NCBI GenBank assembly: GCA_051954615.1
Contig: JBQCHN010000096.1
Location: forward strand, 17,030 to 81,029
DNA from: Mesorhizobium sp.
GTDB taxonomy: Bacteria > Pseudomonadota > Alphaproteobacteria > Rhizobiales > Rhizobiaceae
Length of the DNA stretch: 64,000 bases
Reading direction: 5' to 3'
The position numbers and the translations under genes were made by a program. The first letter of the stretch is position 1. Each line of letters begins with the position of its first letter. A model generated the notes under the pieces. The model did not search any database. It saw nothing but the letters and a program-made list of their open reading frames with translations, and was not told the origin of the DNA. Below, piece after piece: positions 42,083 to 51,993 of this stretch.

Positions 42083-43357
42083 CTAGGTCGTTTCCTGGCG
42101 CCAGATCTGACAAATCTCTTTGACCGTCGGGACAAGCGCGTAAAAAGTCGACAGTGTATCCAGTATCGCCGTTCGCTGGGTAGTGTCCGGTGAACCGGAG
42201 ACGACACCATCGGCAGGAACTACAACGTAGAAATCGCGCATAGCTGCCGAACGCGCGCTCATGTCAACGCACCGCTCAAGCGGCAGTCCAACGAAAATCG
42301 CGCTGCGGATGTCGTTTGCGCGCAGAAGAAGTTCGAGGTCGGTGTCCTGGAAAGCGTCTAGCCGATGCTTTCGCACGATGGGCTCGCCGGCGAGCGGTTC
42401 GAAGCCCTCCAGAAAATCATCGTCGACATCGTTCGTCGGCACGGCCGGCATTTTGGGATGACGGGTCATTTCCGACCAATTCGACTCGACATGAACGACC
42501 ATTACCCCTGCCGCCCGTGCTCGATCGAGCAGGTGTCGCGCCATGCGGATCTCGGCGCTTTCGCCATCGCTGGACGGCGTTGAACTGGCTACTGATTTTT
42601 GGAACCCCATCATGATGATGGCCGTGTGAGCAGGTGCGACGCGGCGCTCCAACGTGTCCAGAACTCTGGTTTCCTTCACGCCGTTCTGCCATCCACGGCG
42701 GGTTTCATTTGAACGCAGCCAAGCGCCGGCGACCGACTCGGAGGATTCGACCAAGCCGAACGATCTGTCGAAGAGCTCGTGGGATGCGCGTTGACGAGCA
42801 TGGGAAAAACTGGCGGTGCAATCGCCGGCGACGACAATACAGTAGTCTCGAAAGAAAGCGTCCCGGGCCGTGGATTCAACGCAGACTTCTGTCGCTATCC
42901 CGGCGAGCACCAAGGTCGTGATACCATTCGACCGCAAGATCAGGTCTATCTCCGTGCCCCAAAAACCGCTGAAGCGATGTTTGGTCACGACGCATTCGTG
43001 TTCCGATGGCTGGGGCTCCAGGCCGTCGACGAATTTCTCGCCTTCGGTGCCGCTTTGGCATGGACCATAGCCAAGGCCTCGACGGACGAATGCCTCTGCA
43101 AGGTTGGCCGCAACATAGGGCCGGTCATTGTTCATGCGGACATGGACCGTCAATATCTGCTTGCGGCGCGCGACATCGAGCAGCGACCTCAGCCGCTCTA
43201 CCATGGGCTCGATCGAGGCGAGATCATCTCCAGACTGTTCGCAAGCTCCGGCAGGGACGGCGAAATCATTCTGCATGTCGACGATAACCAGCGCCGTCGT
43301 TGCAGGGTCCAGTTTCTCGTCGAGGGAACGAACCTTCAACTCCGCATCATATCTCAT
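42083..43357 (-). CDS. tandem isochorismatase-family (cysteine hydrolase) protein
   Basis: The N-domain has TALVIVDMQNDF. A second homologous half begins around HTAIIMMGFQ. Confidence 0.8.
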   Translation of the reverse strand: MRYDAELKVRSLDEKLDPATTALVIVDMQNDFAVPAGACEQSGDDLASIEPMVERLRSLLDVARRKQILTVHVRMNNDRPYVAANLAEAFVRRGLGYGPCQSGTEGEKFVDGLEPQPSEHECVVTKHRFSGFWGTEIDLILRSNGITTLVLAGIATEVCVESTARDAFFRDYCIVVAGDCTASFSHARQRASHELFDRSFGLVESSESVAGAWLRSNETRRGWQNGVKETRVLDTLERRVAPAHTAIIMMGFQKSVASSTPSSDGESAEIRMARHLLDRARAAGVMVVHVESNWSEMTRHPKMPAVPTNDVDDDFLEGFEPLAGEPIVRKHRLDAFQDTDLELLLRANDIRSAIFVGLPLERCVDMSARSAAMRDFYVVVPADGVVSGSPDTTQRTAILDTLSTFYALVPTVKEICQIWRQETT

Positions 43358-43395
43358 CCGACTTCCTTCCCTCTTGACCGCACGACGGTTAGTTT

Positions 43396-43409
43396 CAGAA
43401 ACGTTTTTG
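43396..43409. promoter_or_regulatory. LacI-type palindromic operator candidate CAGAAACGTTTTTG
   Basis: One of three near-identical sites sharing a central CG. Located in the 43358-43435 gap. Confidence 0.45.
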
Positions 43410-43435
43410 TAAATGCTTTGCCATTCCGGACCGAG

Positions 43436-44266
43436 TCAAGTCACAGCCCGCCTTCGCTCTGTGAAGGCGCGTGTTGACTCTCCAATGGTCTTCGCGTGCT
43501 CCCATCCAATGCAGAAGCGCCCATTCGGAATGACTTCAACTTGCGCTTCACGAAACATCGATACGAGATCCTGGCGCAACGGGGTAAAATGGAACTGCTC
43601 GCCGTAGATCGCCAGGACCGGGCTACGGACAGTCGGCGCCGTGGCGGCAAGATCGTATGCGTGCATCGCCGTCAGTCCTTGCCAGCGGTCTCGGCCGGCT
43701 TCCATTTGCGCTACGTTGATGCGATCCATCCAGTCCTGGGTTGGATTGATCGGTGCATGAACGGCATCGTTGTGAAGCAGGAATTCGATTGTTCTGGTTA
43801 GCGGAAAGCCTGAACTGTCGGATGGCCGCTGCTCGGGAGTCACCCGGGCATCAGTCTGCTGCGTTGTGCCTCCAGGCACATAGGGGCAGTTGAGAAGCAC
43901 GAGATTCCGCGCGTTTGCAGGAAACCGCGCCGCGATGTCGACCGCGACGACGGCGCCGATCGCTTCGCCGAGGAGGTGGCAGGCCGAGATGCCGAGAGCA
44001 TCCATCACGGCCATGACCGCATCTGAATAGTCCGAAACAGAAGGTTGGCGCGACATGTGATCCGACATGCCGTGACCCGGGAAGTCGACGGCGATCGCCG
44101 TGAAATCGGAAGCCAGATCCTTCATCAGCTCCAGATAAGCCGCAGACGATTGCTGATTGATGTGAAGCAGGGCGATGGCGGGGCCATTTCCCAGCGAGCG
44201 GTAGTGGATGTAGCCGTTGTTTGTGCGGACAAGCCCTCGATGGATCATTCCAAGTGTGCTCTCCAT
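43436..44266 (-). CDS. alpha/beta-hydrolase-fold protein (nucleophile elbow reads GEAIG)
   Basis: LLHINQQSS...VDFPGHGMSD...CHLLGEAIGAVVAVDIAARFP is the typical fold pattern, but Ala occupies the expected Ser position. Confidence 0.75.
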   Translation of the reverse strand: MESTLGMIHRGLVRTNNGYIHYRSLGNGPAIALLHINQQSSAAYLELMKDLASDFTAIAVDFPGHGMSDHMSRQPSVSDYSDAVMAVMDALGISACHLLGEAIGAVVAVDIAARFPANARNLVLLNCPYVPGGTTQQTDARVTPEQRPSDSSGFPLTRTIEFLLHNDAVHAPINPTQDWMDRINVAQMEAGRDRWQGLTAMHAYDLAATAPTVRSPVLAIYGEQFHFTPLRQDLVSMFREAQVEVIPNGRFCIGWEHAKTIGESTRAFTERRRAVT

Positions 44267-44350
44267 GGTACTCCCTGCTGTTTCTTCCTTACGGCTTCAC
44301 TGATGGTCGCGGCTTGACAAGCGCGACAATAGCCGATCTTTATCAAATTA

Positions 44351-44364
44351 CAAAAACGATTTTG
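44351..44364. promoter_or_regulatory. LacI-type operator candidate CAAAAACGATTTTG
   Basis: Lies 13 nt upstream of the acyl-CoA dehydrogenase GTG start, in a divergent promoter. Confidence 0.45.
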
Positions 44365-44376
44365 GAGAGAGGCACG

Positions 44377-45519
44377 GTGGAGATTTCCTCGAGTGAAGTG
44401 GACCTCCTGCGAAAGACGGTACGAAGCTTCGTTCGCGATCGCCTCGTGCCGCTCGAGCAGGGAATCGAGGACAACGACGACGTTGCGCCGACGGTCCTGG
44501 CCGAACTGCGCAGGGAAGCGGCAGCTCTCGGACTTTACGGTTTCAACATGCCGGAAAGCCTGGGCGGACCGGGCCTGCCGCTTTCCGCGCAACTGGAGAT
44601 CCTGGAGGAATTGACCTACGTGTCGGTGCCGTTGACCGAGGTGCTTGGATACCTTCCTCTGTCGCTCACTTTCTGCAACGACGAGCAACGGGAGCGCTTG
44701 CTGCCGCGCTTCCTTGCCGGGGACATCATCGCAACTTACGCCCTGACCGAGCCGGATGCCGGCTCCGATCTGGGTGGCATTCACACACGGGCTGTGCGAA
44801 CCGACGGCGGCTGGCGGCTGAACGGATCAAAGCAATTCATTTCGCACGCCGAAACTGCGGACTATCTCATCGTTCTGGCAGTTACCGATGCCGAGGCACC
44901 GCTCAAGGGTCGCTTCACCACTTTTCTCGTCAAGCGGGGGAATGCCGGCGTCACCGGGATGACCCGTTATCGAAAGATGGGATGGCGTGGCTATCATCTC
45001 AACGGCTTCACGCTCGAGAATTGCTTCGTCTCCGATCGCGACGTGCTTGGCGCTGTCGGGGATGGTTTCGCGACTATGATGGCCTCCATCAACAACGATC
45101 GGATTCTGTCGGCCTGCAGATCCCTCGGCATTGCCCAGCGTGCCCACGGCATGTCCGTTGCCTACGCCAATGAACGCAAGGCCTTTGCCGCCCGGCTTTC
45201 GGCACATCAGGCCATCCAATTCATGATCGCTGACAATGTGGTGGACATCGAGGCCGCGCGCGCGCTCATTCACCGCGCAGCGGGCTTCGCCGACAGTGGC
45301 TCGCCTGACTTCAGGATCGCGGCTTCGCAGGCAAAACTGTTTGCGAGCGAAATGGGATGCCGCGTGACCGATCGGGTGCTGCAGATGTTCGGCGGCATGG
45401 GCTATATGTGCGAGTTGCCCATCGAGCGTTTCTATCGCGACGCACGCGGCTTCCGAATTGGCGAAGGCACCTCCGAGATGCAACGCATCCAGATCGCGCG
45501 ACACGCGGTCGGAAATTGA
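44377..45519 (+). CDS. acyl-CoA dehydrogenase
   Basis: YALTEPDAGSD and FGGMGY..ERFYRDARG..IGEGTSEMQR. The GTG start follows GGAGAGAGG. Confidence 0.88.
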   Translation: MEISSSEVDLLRKTVRSFVRDRLVPLEQGIEDNDDVAPTVLAELRREAAALGLYGFNMPESLGGPGLPLSAQLEILEELTYVSVPLTEVLGYLPLSLTFCNDEQRERLLPRFLAGDIIATYALTEPDAGSDLGGIHTRAVRTDGGWRLNGSKQFISHAETADYLIVLAVTDAEAPLKGRFTTFLVKRGNAGVTGMTRYRKMGWRGYHLNGFTLENCFVSDRDVLGAVGDGFATMMASINNDRILSACRSLGIAQRAHGMSVAYANERKAFAARLSAHQAIQFMIADNVVDIEAARALIHRAAGFADSGSPDFRIAASQAKLFASEMGCRVTDRVLQMFGGMGYMCELPIERFYRDARGFRIGEGTSEMQRIQIARHAVGN

Positions 45520-45530
45520 GGGAGCCGATC

Positions 45531-47072
45531 ATGCTTTTTGACGAGCTGGCCAGCGATCCGGACAGGATTGCGTTCCGCGTCGGCGAGCGCTCTGCCAGTC
45601 GGGGGGAACTCGCCAAGGCGGCTGCCGATATAGCCGGTTTTCTCCACACGCTCGGTCTGCGCCGCGGCGACGCCATCTGCGCCTGGCTGCCTGACGGCGG
45701 ACCGTGGTTGCAGCTCCTGTTCGGATGCTCTCGGGTCGGCATGCTCATGGTGCCGATCAGCACGCGTTACCGGTCATCGGAAGCCCGTCATGTGCTGAAG
45801 ACGTCCCGCGCGAAGGCCATTTTCGTGGCCAAGGAATTCCTGAACACCGACTATGCGGGAATGGTCGCGGAAATTCGCGGCGATTTGCCAGACCTGGAGC
45901 ATATTCTAGAGGTCGATCAAGGAGATCTCTTCTGGACGGCGCCCGACGCACCGGCCGATCTCCGCGTCGATACGGGGCTGGCCGATCCCCTTTGCGTCTT
46001 CAGCACATCGGGAACGACCAGCATCCCGAAACTGGCGGTTCACCATCACGGCGGCATTCTCGAGCATTCCCGCAATGTCGTGGCGCGACTGGATATCCGG
46101 CCCGGCGATACGATGCTGTGCGCATTGCCGCTTTACGGCGTGCTCGGATTCACGACGGCGCTGGCGGCAATAGTCGGCGGGGCGAGTTGTTCTTTCCTAC
46201 CGGTCTTCAATGCCTCGGATGCAGCGACCATCATGAAGCGAGATGCCGCCACACACCTTTATGGCTCGGATGGATTGATCGACAGGCTGCTCGAAGTGGA
46301 AGGGGTCGATCTTTCAAGCTGGCGTGAAGGCGGCTTCGCGGAATTCGCCGCTCTGGGTGAAAGCGTGATCCGGAGAGCGGAGGACCGGTGGGGCGTGCGG
46401 CTTGTATCGATCTACGGCTCCTCAGAATGCTTCGCCGTTACGGCGACACGTTCCCCCGGCGACGAGCCGGCACAACGGCTGCGGGCCGGAGGCCGTCCGG
46501 TCTCAGAAGAAATCTCTTCCCGTGTCGTCGATCTCGATTCGGGCCAGCCTGTTGCCGATGGCGAGCCTGGCGAGCTGCAAATCCGCGGCTACAATGTCAT
46601 GACCGAATATCTCAACAACCCCGAAGCGACCGCGCGCGCTTTCACCGCGGACGGCTGGTACCGGAGCGGCGACTATGCCATCGCTGACGGACAGGAATTC
46701 ACGTTCCTCTCACGCCTTGGGGATGGGCTGCGCCTCCGTGGCTATCTGGTCGATCCCGCCGAGATAGAAACGACCTTGGTCGAGCATCCCGCCGTGGCGG
46801 CAGCGCAAGTCGTTGGCGTCAAGCGCACAGGCGACGGCGACGTTGCGGTGGCGTTTGTACTCGGCGCGTCAAATTCTGTCAGCGAGGGCGACCTCATCTC
46901 CTACTGCCGGGAACGCATGGCCAACTACAAGGTGCCGCGGCGCGTCGTCTTCATCGACTGTTTTCCCTCTGTCGATGGGCCCAATGGAACAAAGATCCTG
47001 AGAACCGAACTGCGGAATATGGCGGAACAATTGATTCCGCAGGTGAAGGAGCACGCACATGAGGCGCGGTGA
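45531..47072 (+). CDS. AMP-dependent acyl-CoA synthetase/ligase
   Basis: AMP-binding motif FSTSGTTSIPK. C-terminal YKVPRRVVFID. Confidence 0.88.
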   Translation: MLFDELASDPDRIAFRVGERSASRGELAKAAADIAGFLHTLGLRRGDAICAWLPDGGPWLQLLFGCSRVGMLMVPISTRYRSSEARHVLKTSRAKAIFVAKEFLNTDYAGMVAEIRGDLPDLEHILEVDQGDLFWTAPDAPADLRVDTGLADPLCVFSTSGTTSIPKLAVHHHGGILEHSRNVVARLDIRPGDTMLCALPLYGVLGFTTALAAIVGGASCSFLPVFNASDAATIMKRDAATHLYGSDGLIDRLLEVEGVDLSSWREGGFAEFAALGESVIRRAEDRWGVRLVSIYGSSECFAVTATRSPGDEPAQRLRAGGRPVSEEISSRVVDLDSGQPVADGEPGELQIRGYNVMTEYLNNPEATARAFTADGWYRSGDYAIADGQEFTFLSRLGDGLRLRGYLVDPAEIETTLVEHPAVAAAQVVGVKRTGDGDVAVAFVLGASNSVSEGDLISYCRERMANYKVPRRVVFIDCFPSVDGPNGTKILRTELRNMAEQLIPQVKEHAHEAR

Positions 47073-47838
47073 AGTCCGATCCGATCTCGCCTGGGCGACG
47101 CCGACGAAGGTCGTCGTGCAGGGGCTCGACCTGTGCGAGGAGATCGTCGGCAAGATAGACTTCGGCCAGATGGCGTTTCTCGAATTTTTCGGTCGGCTGC
47201 CGAACGAGAACGAGAACCGCATGTTCAATGCGGTGATGGTGATCCTCGTTGAGCATGGCATCACGCCATCGTCTCTGGCGACTCGAATGACCTATTGCGG
47301 CGCACCGGAAGCTGTTCAGGCGTCCGTCGCAGCTGGTCTGCTCGGCCTCGGCTCCGTGTTTGTCGGATCGATCGACGGCGCCGCCAGACTTCTGCAGGAA
47401 GCTCTGCCCGATCCCTCCGCTCCCGTAAATCTTCGCGAAGTGGCAGAGAAGGTCGTCTCCGACTTCCGTTCGCGCCGCGAAATCATCCCCGGTCTGGGCC
47501 ATCCCTTCCACAAGCCCATCGACCCGAGGACGCCGGCGCTGTTTCGCGTCGCTGATGAGACCGGCTTCAAAGGCCCATATGTGGAACTCGTCACTCTGAT
47601 TGCCGAGGAAACGAGCCGGCGCGCCGGCAAGCAGATTCCGCTCAACGTGACCGGTGCGATGGGCGCGATCGCCAGCGAGTTCGGCCTTCCCTGGCGCGCC
47701 TGCCGCGGGCTCGCGGTGGCCGCGCGCGCGGTTGGCCTCGTCGGCCACATCCTCGAAGAAATGCGGCGGCCCATGGCTGACGAACTCTATATGCGGATCG
47801 AGAAAGAGGCCTCCGCACATCTCCATGCCGAGGATTGA
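47059..47838 (+). CDS. citryl-CoA lyase / citrate-synthase-superfamily small protein
   Basis: ILVEHGITPSS and PGLGHPFHKPIDPR. Confidence 0.7.
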   Translation: MRRGEVRSDLAWATPTKVVVQGLDLCEEIVGKIDFGQMAFLEFFGRLPNENENRMFNAVMVILVEHGITPSSLATRMTYCGAPEAVQASVAAGLLGLGSVFVGSIDGAARLLQEALPDPSAPVNLREVAEKVVSDFRSRREIIPGLGHPFHKPIDPRTPALFRVADETGFKGPYVELVTLIAEETSRRAGKQIPLNVTGAMGAIASEFGLPWRACRGLAVAARAVGLVGHILEEMRRPMADELYMRIEKEASAHLHAED

Positions 47839-48283
47839 ACCAGTGGCGTCCGTCCATCACGATGCGCCCTATCGCTTCTGGTGCGAAGAGAAGCTCCGCA
47901 ACATGGACACGGACCAGTTCGGTCACGTCAACAATGCGGCAATCGCGAGCTTCTGCGAGGCGGGTCGGATGAGTCTTTTCGCGGAGCCTGAGATGGCAGG
48001 CGCAATGGGCGAGCGGACAGTCGTGGTGGTCAGATTGCTGATTCTGTTCCGGCAGGAGCTGTTCTATCCAGGAGTTGTGCGGGTGGGCAGCCGCGTTCCC
48101 AAGATCGGCCGCACGTCCTTCGATGTTGTACAGGGCTTATTCAAGGGTCCCGAACTCGTAGCCACGAGCGAGGCAACCTGCGTACTGCTCGACGGCAGGT
48201 CCCGGCGTCCGGTTCCGGTTCCAGAGTCCATTCGCCAGTTCCTGCTCGGACCCGGACCGACGGGGGCGTTCGATGCCAGTTGA
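47825..48283 (+). CDS. 4HBT/YbgC-type acyl-CoA thioesterase
   Basis: NMDTDQFGHVNNAA hot-dog motif. ATG 47825 overlaps the preceding stop. Confidence 0.75.
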   Translation: MPRIEPVASVHHDAPYRFWCEEKLRNMDTDQFGHVNNAAIASFCEAGRMSLFAEPEMAGAMGERTVVVVRLLILFRQELFYPGVVRVGSRVPKIGRTSFDVVQGLFKGPELVATSEATCVLLDGRSRRPVPVPESIRQFLLGPGPTGAFDAS

Positions 48284-49058
48284 CTACGAGTTGCAGGCGG
48301 AAGTTGCGATCCTGACGCTCAACGAACCCGAACGCCGGAATGCCCTGTCGCGTGAACTTGTCGTCGGCCTGCGCAGGAACCTTGAGCGATCCAGGACGGA
48401 TGCGGCAAGGGCTGTCGTCATAAACTCGCAGGGAACCGCCTTTTGCGCCGGCGCCAACATCGACGATCTCGCCAGCGGCTGGATGGGTTCATCCGATCCG
48501 GATACCGATCCCACACGTTTGTTTGGTGAACTGGCGCGGGAGCCCCGTATCACCGTCGCGGCGGTTCAAGGAATCGCTGCCGGCGGCGGCTTCGAACTGT
48601 CGTTGGCTTGTGATCTGGTCGTCGCAGGGCCAAAGGCAGCGTTTGTCTGCCCGGAACTTGGCCATGGTGTGATACCACCGACCGCGCTGGCGCTTCTGGC
48701 GCGGACGGTCGGCCGCAGAAGAGCTCTCGACCTCATTCTGACGCGCCGCAAGATCGAGGCACAGGAGGCGGTGGATCTCGGTCTGGTCAACATCGCTGTT
48801 GATGGCGACAACGTCGTCGAAGCCGCGGTGGAGCTCGCCCGATCCATTGTGCGGTCGACACCGCCGGGAGCACTCGCCGTCGCCAAGCGTTATTTCAGCG
48901 AATATCAGCACGTCGATTGGAATCGAGTGCTGGAATCGTCCGCAGAGGTCCCGAAGGCAGAGTGGCAGGAAGGTCTCGAATCCTTCGCCCAAAAGCGTCG
49001 GCCGGACTATGAGCCGTTCTGGGTCGCGGCCGCCGCAGCATGGGAGAATGGGAGATGA
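48273..49058 (+). CDS. enoyl-CoA hydratase/isomerase (crotonase) family
   Basis: LNEPERRNAL and GTAFCAGANIDDL..AAVQGIAAGGGFELSLACD. Confidence 0.88.
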   Translation: MPVDYELQAEVAILTLNEPERRNALSRELVVGLRRNLERSRTDAARAVVINSQGTAFCAGANIDDLASGWMGSSDPDTDPTRLFGELAREPRITVAAVQGIAAGGGFELSLACDLVVAGPKAAFVCPELGHGVIPPTALALLARTVGRRRALDLILTRRKIEAQEAVDLGLVNIAVDGDNVVEAAVELARSIVRSTPPGALAVAKRYFSEYQHVDWNRVLESSAEVPKAEWQEGLESFAQKRRPDYEPFWVAAAAAWENGR

Positions 49059-50014
49059 CGCAGGCTTTCGTCGTCATCGATGACGATACCGTCCGATCTC
49101 TTCTCACACCTGGGCTGGCGATGAAGATTGTTCGCGATGCTTTCGTGAGCGCAGCCGAAGGAACGTCGAGAAATTTCCCCGTCGTTCGCGAACGTCTGCC
49201 TCATGCTGTTTTCGGCATCAAGTCGGCCGTTGACGAGCAGTCCCGGCTGTTAGGCCTTAAGGCAGGCGGCGCGTTTCCATTGGGCGGAGCTGAGGGATAT
49301 GCGCATCAATCATCCGTCCTACTGTTCGATTTCGAACGCGGTGTACCGGCCGCGTTGGTGGCCGGCAACACGATAACCCGCATGCGTACGGCAGCCGCCG
49401 CGGCGCTGTCGGTCGATCTGATGGCGCGACCGGACGCGCGCGTGCTTGGCCTGATCGGTGCGGGCGCGCAGGCGGAAGCACATCTGCGGGCCGTTCTTGC
49501 TATCCGGACTTTCGAGGAGGTGTTCATCTGGAGCCGGAATGGAGCGCGCGCGGCGGCCTTGGCAGAGCGCGTATCGGATCTGGCACGCTGCAGGACCGAT
49601 CTTGCTCCCGCCGACTTCGTTTCCCGCTGCGATGTCCTCGTCACCCTCACACCTGCCGAAAAGCCGATCATCGAATCCGGATGGATCCGCGAGGGCGCGC
49701 ATCTTGCATGCATGGGCGCAGACACCAACGGCAAGCAGGAGATCGCCGCTGATCTCTTGCCCCGTTGCCGTATCGTTACCGACGATATGGCGCAGTCGAT
49801 CGCGATCGGAGAATGCCAGGCGGCATATCGTCTTGGTTTGATTACGGACAAAAACGTTTCTGGCACAGTTGGCGATATTCTGCTGGGGCGAATACCGGGG
49901 CGATTGCGCCATGAAGAGATCACGCTGTTCGATGGAACTGGTGTAGCGCTTCAGGACTTGCTCGCTGCGGCTTGCATTCTCGACATCGTAAGGTCTGCAA
50001 GTGGCAGAAACTAA
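49055..50014 (+). CDS. ornithine cyclodeaminase/mu-crystallin family protein
   Basis: ITRMRTAAAAAL and LGLIGAGAQAEAHL (Rossmann). Confidence 0.85.
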   Translation: MTQAFVVIDDDTVRSLLTPGLAMKIVRDAFVSAAEGTSRNFPVVRERLPHAVFGIKSAVDEQSRLLGLKAGGAFPLGGAEGYAHQSSVLLFDFERGVPAALVAGNTITRMRTAAAAALSVDLMARPDARVLGLIGAGAQAEAHLRAVLAIRTFEEVFIWSRNGARAAALAERVSDLARCRTDLAPADFVSRCDVLVTLTPAEKPIIESGWIREGAHLACMGADTNGKQEIAADLLPRCRIVTDDMAQSIAIGECQAAYRLGLITDKNVSGTVGDILLGRIPGRLRHEEITLFDGTGVALQDLLAAACILDIVRSASGRN

Positions 50015-50051
50015 GGGCATTACACAGGGCAAGTTGCCGGATTCTCGTTGA

Positions 50052-50065
50052 CAAAAACGTTTTTG
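50052..50065. promoter_or_regulatory. LacI-type operator candidate, perfect palindrome CAAAAACGTTTTTG overlapping a TTGACA box
   Basis: Read directly from the sequence, 60 nt upstream of the ABC binding-protein gene. Confidence 0.5.
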
Positions 50066-50124
50066 AAGCATCATATTAGTCATGTCCTTAGGGACGCAAA
50101 AAACAGAAACAAGGGGAACGACAC

Positions 50125-51147
50125 ATGACTGGTACCACGCGTCGCAATGTGCTGGGATTGATGGCCGCTGCGGGCGCCTCGACCCTGTCTACGCCCTATA
50201 TTCTTCAGGCTCGTGCACAATCCGCGCCTGAAAAAATGCGCCTGCGTCTCGATTTCCTGGCGACGATCCCGCATGTCTACTTCTTCGCGGCCAGGGAAAA
50301 GGGCTTCTTCGCGGAAGAGGGGCTGGACGTCGAGATATTGGAGGGAAACACCTCCGCGCAGTCAATCCAGCAGGTCGTCAACAAGGACGACGATTTCGGC
50401 GTGGCGGGGTTCGACGCTCTCGTACAAGGAACGCAGGAAGGCTTGCCGGCCAAAATGGTTATGTGCAACTTCCGGTCGACGCCGAACGTGGTGCTTTCGC
50501 TCGAAAGTTCCGGTATCGAAACGCCGGCCGATCTCGGGGGGAAGATCATAGGCGTACGGGCCGGATCAGGGCCGACGACGATGTTCCCCGCGCTGATGGC
50601 GCGTAACGATGTCGACGCGTCGAAGGTCTCGCAACTCAATCTGGATTTCAGCGCGTTCATACCGTCGTTGCTGGCCAAGCGTATCGGAGGCTTCGTTGGC
50701 TTCGCGCCGACGCAATACCCGGTGCTCGCAAATCTTGCGAAAGAGCCTGTCAAATCCCTCTACTATTCCCAGTTTGGCGTTGTCGCGCTCAGCATGGGGG
50801 TCGTGGCACATCCCGACACCATCAGCGGGAAGCCGAAGCAGGTCGCGGGCTTTGTTCGGGCGGTCCAGCGTGGCATGAAGTGGACGGGCGAAAACCGGGC
50901 AGAAGCCGAGCAGATGCTGGTCGGTCTGTATCCGCGGACCATAAAGCCGGAGGAGGCGCGGATCGGCTTGGAACTCCTGCCGAAATTCGAAAGGAGCGCG
51001 CGCACGCAGGATGCCGCGCTGGGGTGGATCGACGAGGCGGACGCCGCGGACACGATCGCCCTGATGAAGGAGTATGCCAACCTCAAGATCGCGCGCGAAC
51101 CGTCAACTTACTACACGAACGAGTTCATCGACTCTTCGATCAAGTAA
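50125..51147 (+). CDS. ABC substrate-binding protein (NitT/TauT, NMT1-like), Tat signal
   Basis: TRRNVLGLMAAAGASTL signal. The body of the protein is NMT1/THI5-like. Confidence 0.82.
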   Translation: MTGTTRRNVLGLMAAAGASTLSTPYILQARAQSAPEKMRLRLDFLATIPHVYFFAAREKGFFAEEGLDVEILEGNTSAQSIQQVVNKDDDFGVAGFDALVQGTQEGLPAKMVMCNFRSTPNVVLSLESSGIETPADLGGKIIGVRAGSGPTTMFPALMARNDVDASKVSQLNLDFSAFIPSLLAKRIGGFVGFAPTQYPVLANLAKEPVKSLYYSQFGVVALSMGVVAHPDTISGKPKQVAGFVRAVQRGMKWTGENRAEAEQMLVGLYPRTIKPEEARIGLELLPKFERSARTQDAALGWIDEADAADTIALMKEYANLKIAREPSTYYTNEFIDSSIK

Positions 51148-51228
51148 GCCAAAGGCAGCGCTGTCGCCTGAACGGCGCTGTCCCGCTTTAACCCGTCAGA
51201 GCCATCGCGTTGAATTTGGACGGCATCG

Positions 51229-51993
51229 TTGAATAGACTCTTTGTGGCCCCCGCAGCCAGAACGGCGCTCATATGGATCTTGGTGCTGACCGGGCTCGAG
51301 ATTGGCCTGCGTCTGGCCGATGTGCCTTCCTATATCCTGCCAACCCCGTCTTCGGTTGTGCTTGCGTTCTGGCAGCAGTTCGGATGGATCGCCTGGCACT
51401 CGTGGATCACCGTGCAGGAGATCTTCCTGGGGCTGGCGCTTGCCGTCCTGTGTGCGGTCGTTGTCGCGGTGCTGATCCAGGCATCTCCTATGCTGCATAA
51501 GACGCTCATGCCGCTGATGGTTGCTGCGCAGGCATCTCCCAAGGAGGCGGTGGCGCCGCTGTTGGTAATGTGGTTCGGCTTTACAATGTTGCCGAAGATC
51601 ATCCTTGCAGCTGCCATCGCCTTCTTTCCGGTGCTGATCGGCATCGTTGTCGGTCTGGACCGCTTCGATCGGAAGCTGCGGCTGCTCGCCGCCTCGATGG
51701 GAATGGGACCGGTCAGGACTTTCTTCTCGTTCCGGGCCTGGGTCGCCTTGCCCGCGTTCATGGGCGCCCTGCGTGTCGGCATCACACTCGCTGCTGTCGG
51801 CGCTGTGCTCGGCGAAGTGATCGGATCGGATGACGGGATAGGATATCTCGTGCTCTCTGCATCGCGCACGATGGACGGAGCGCTGCTCTATGCCAGTCTT
51901 GTTATTCTGGTGGCCTTGTCGCTTGGATTCACAGCAGTCATCAACCGCCTCGAACGCTGGTTGCTACCCATGAGTGGAGCGAAAACGCTGTGA
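51229..51993 (+). CDS. ABC transporter permease (NitT/TauT family)
   Basis: Six-span hydrophobic protein, adjacent to its binding-protein and ATPase genes. Confidence 0.85.
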   Translation: MNRLFVAPAARTALIWILVLTGLEIGLRLADVPSYILPTPSSVVLAFWQQFGWIAWHSWITVQEIFLGLALAVLCAVVVAVLIQASPMLHKTLMPLMVAAQASPKEAVAPLLVMWFGFTMLPKIILAAAIAFFPVLIGIVVGLDRFDRKLRLLAASMGMGPVRTFFSFRAWVALPAFMGALRVGITLAAVGAVLGEVIGSDDGIGYLVLSASRTMDGALLYASLVILVALSLGFTAVINRLERWLLPMSGAKTL

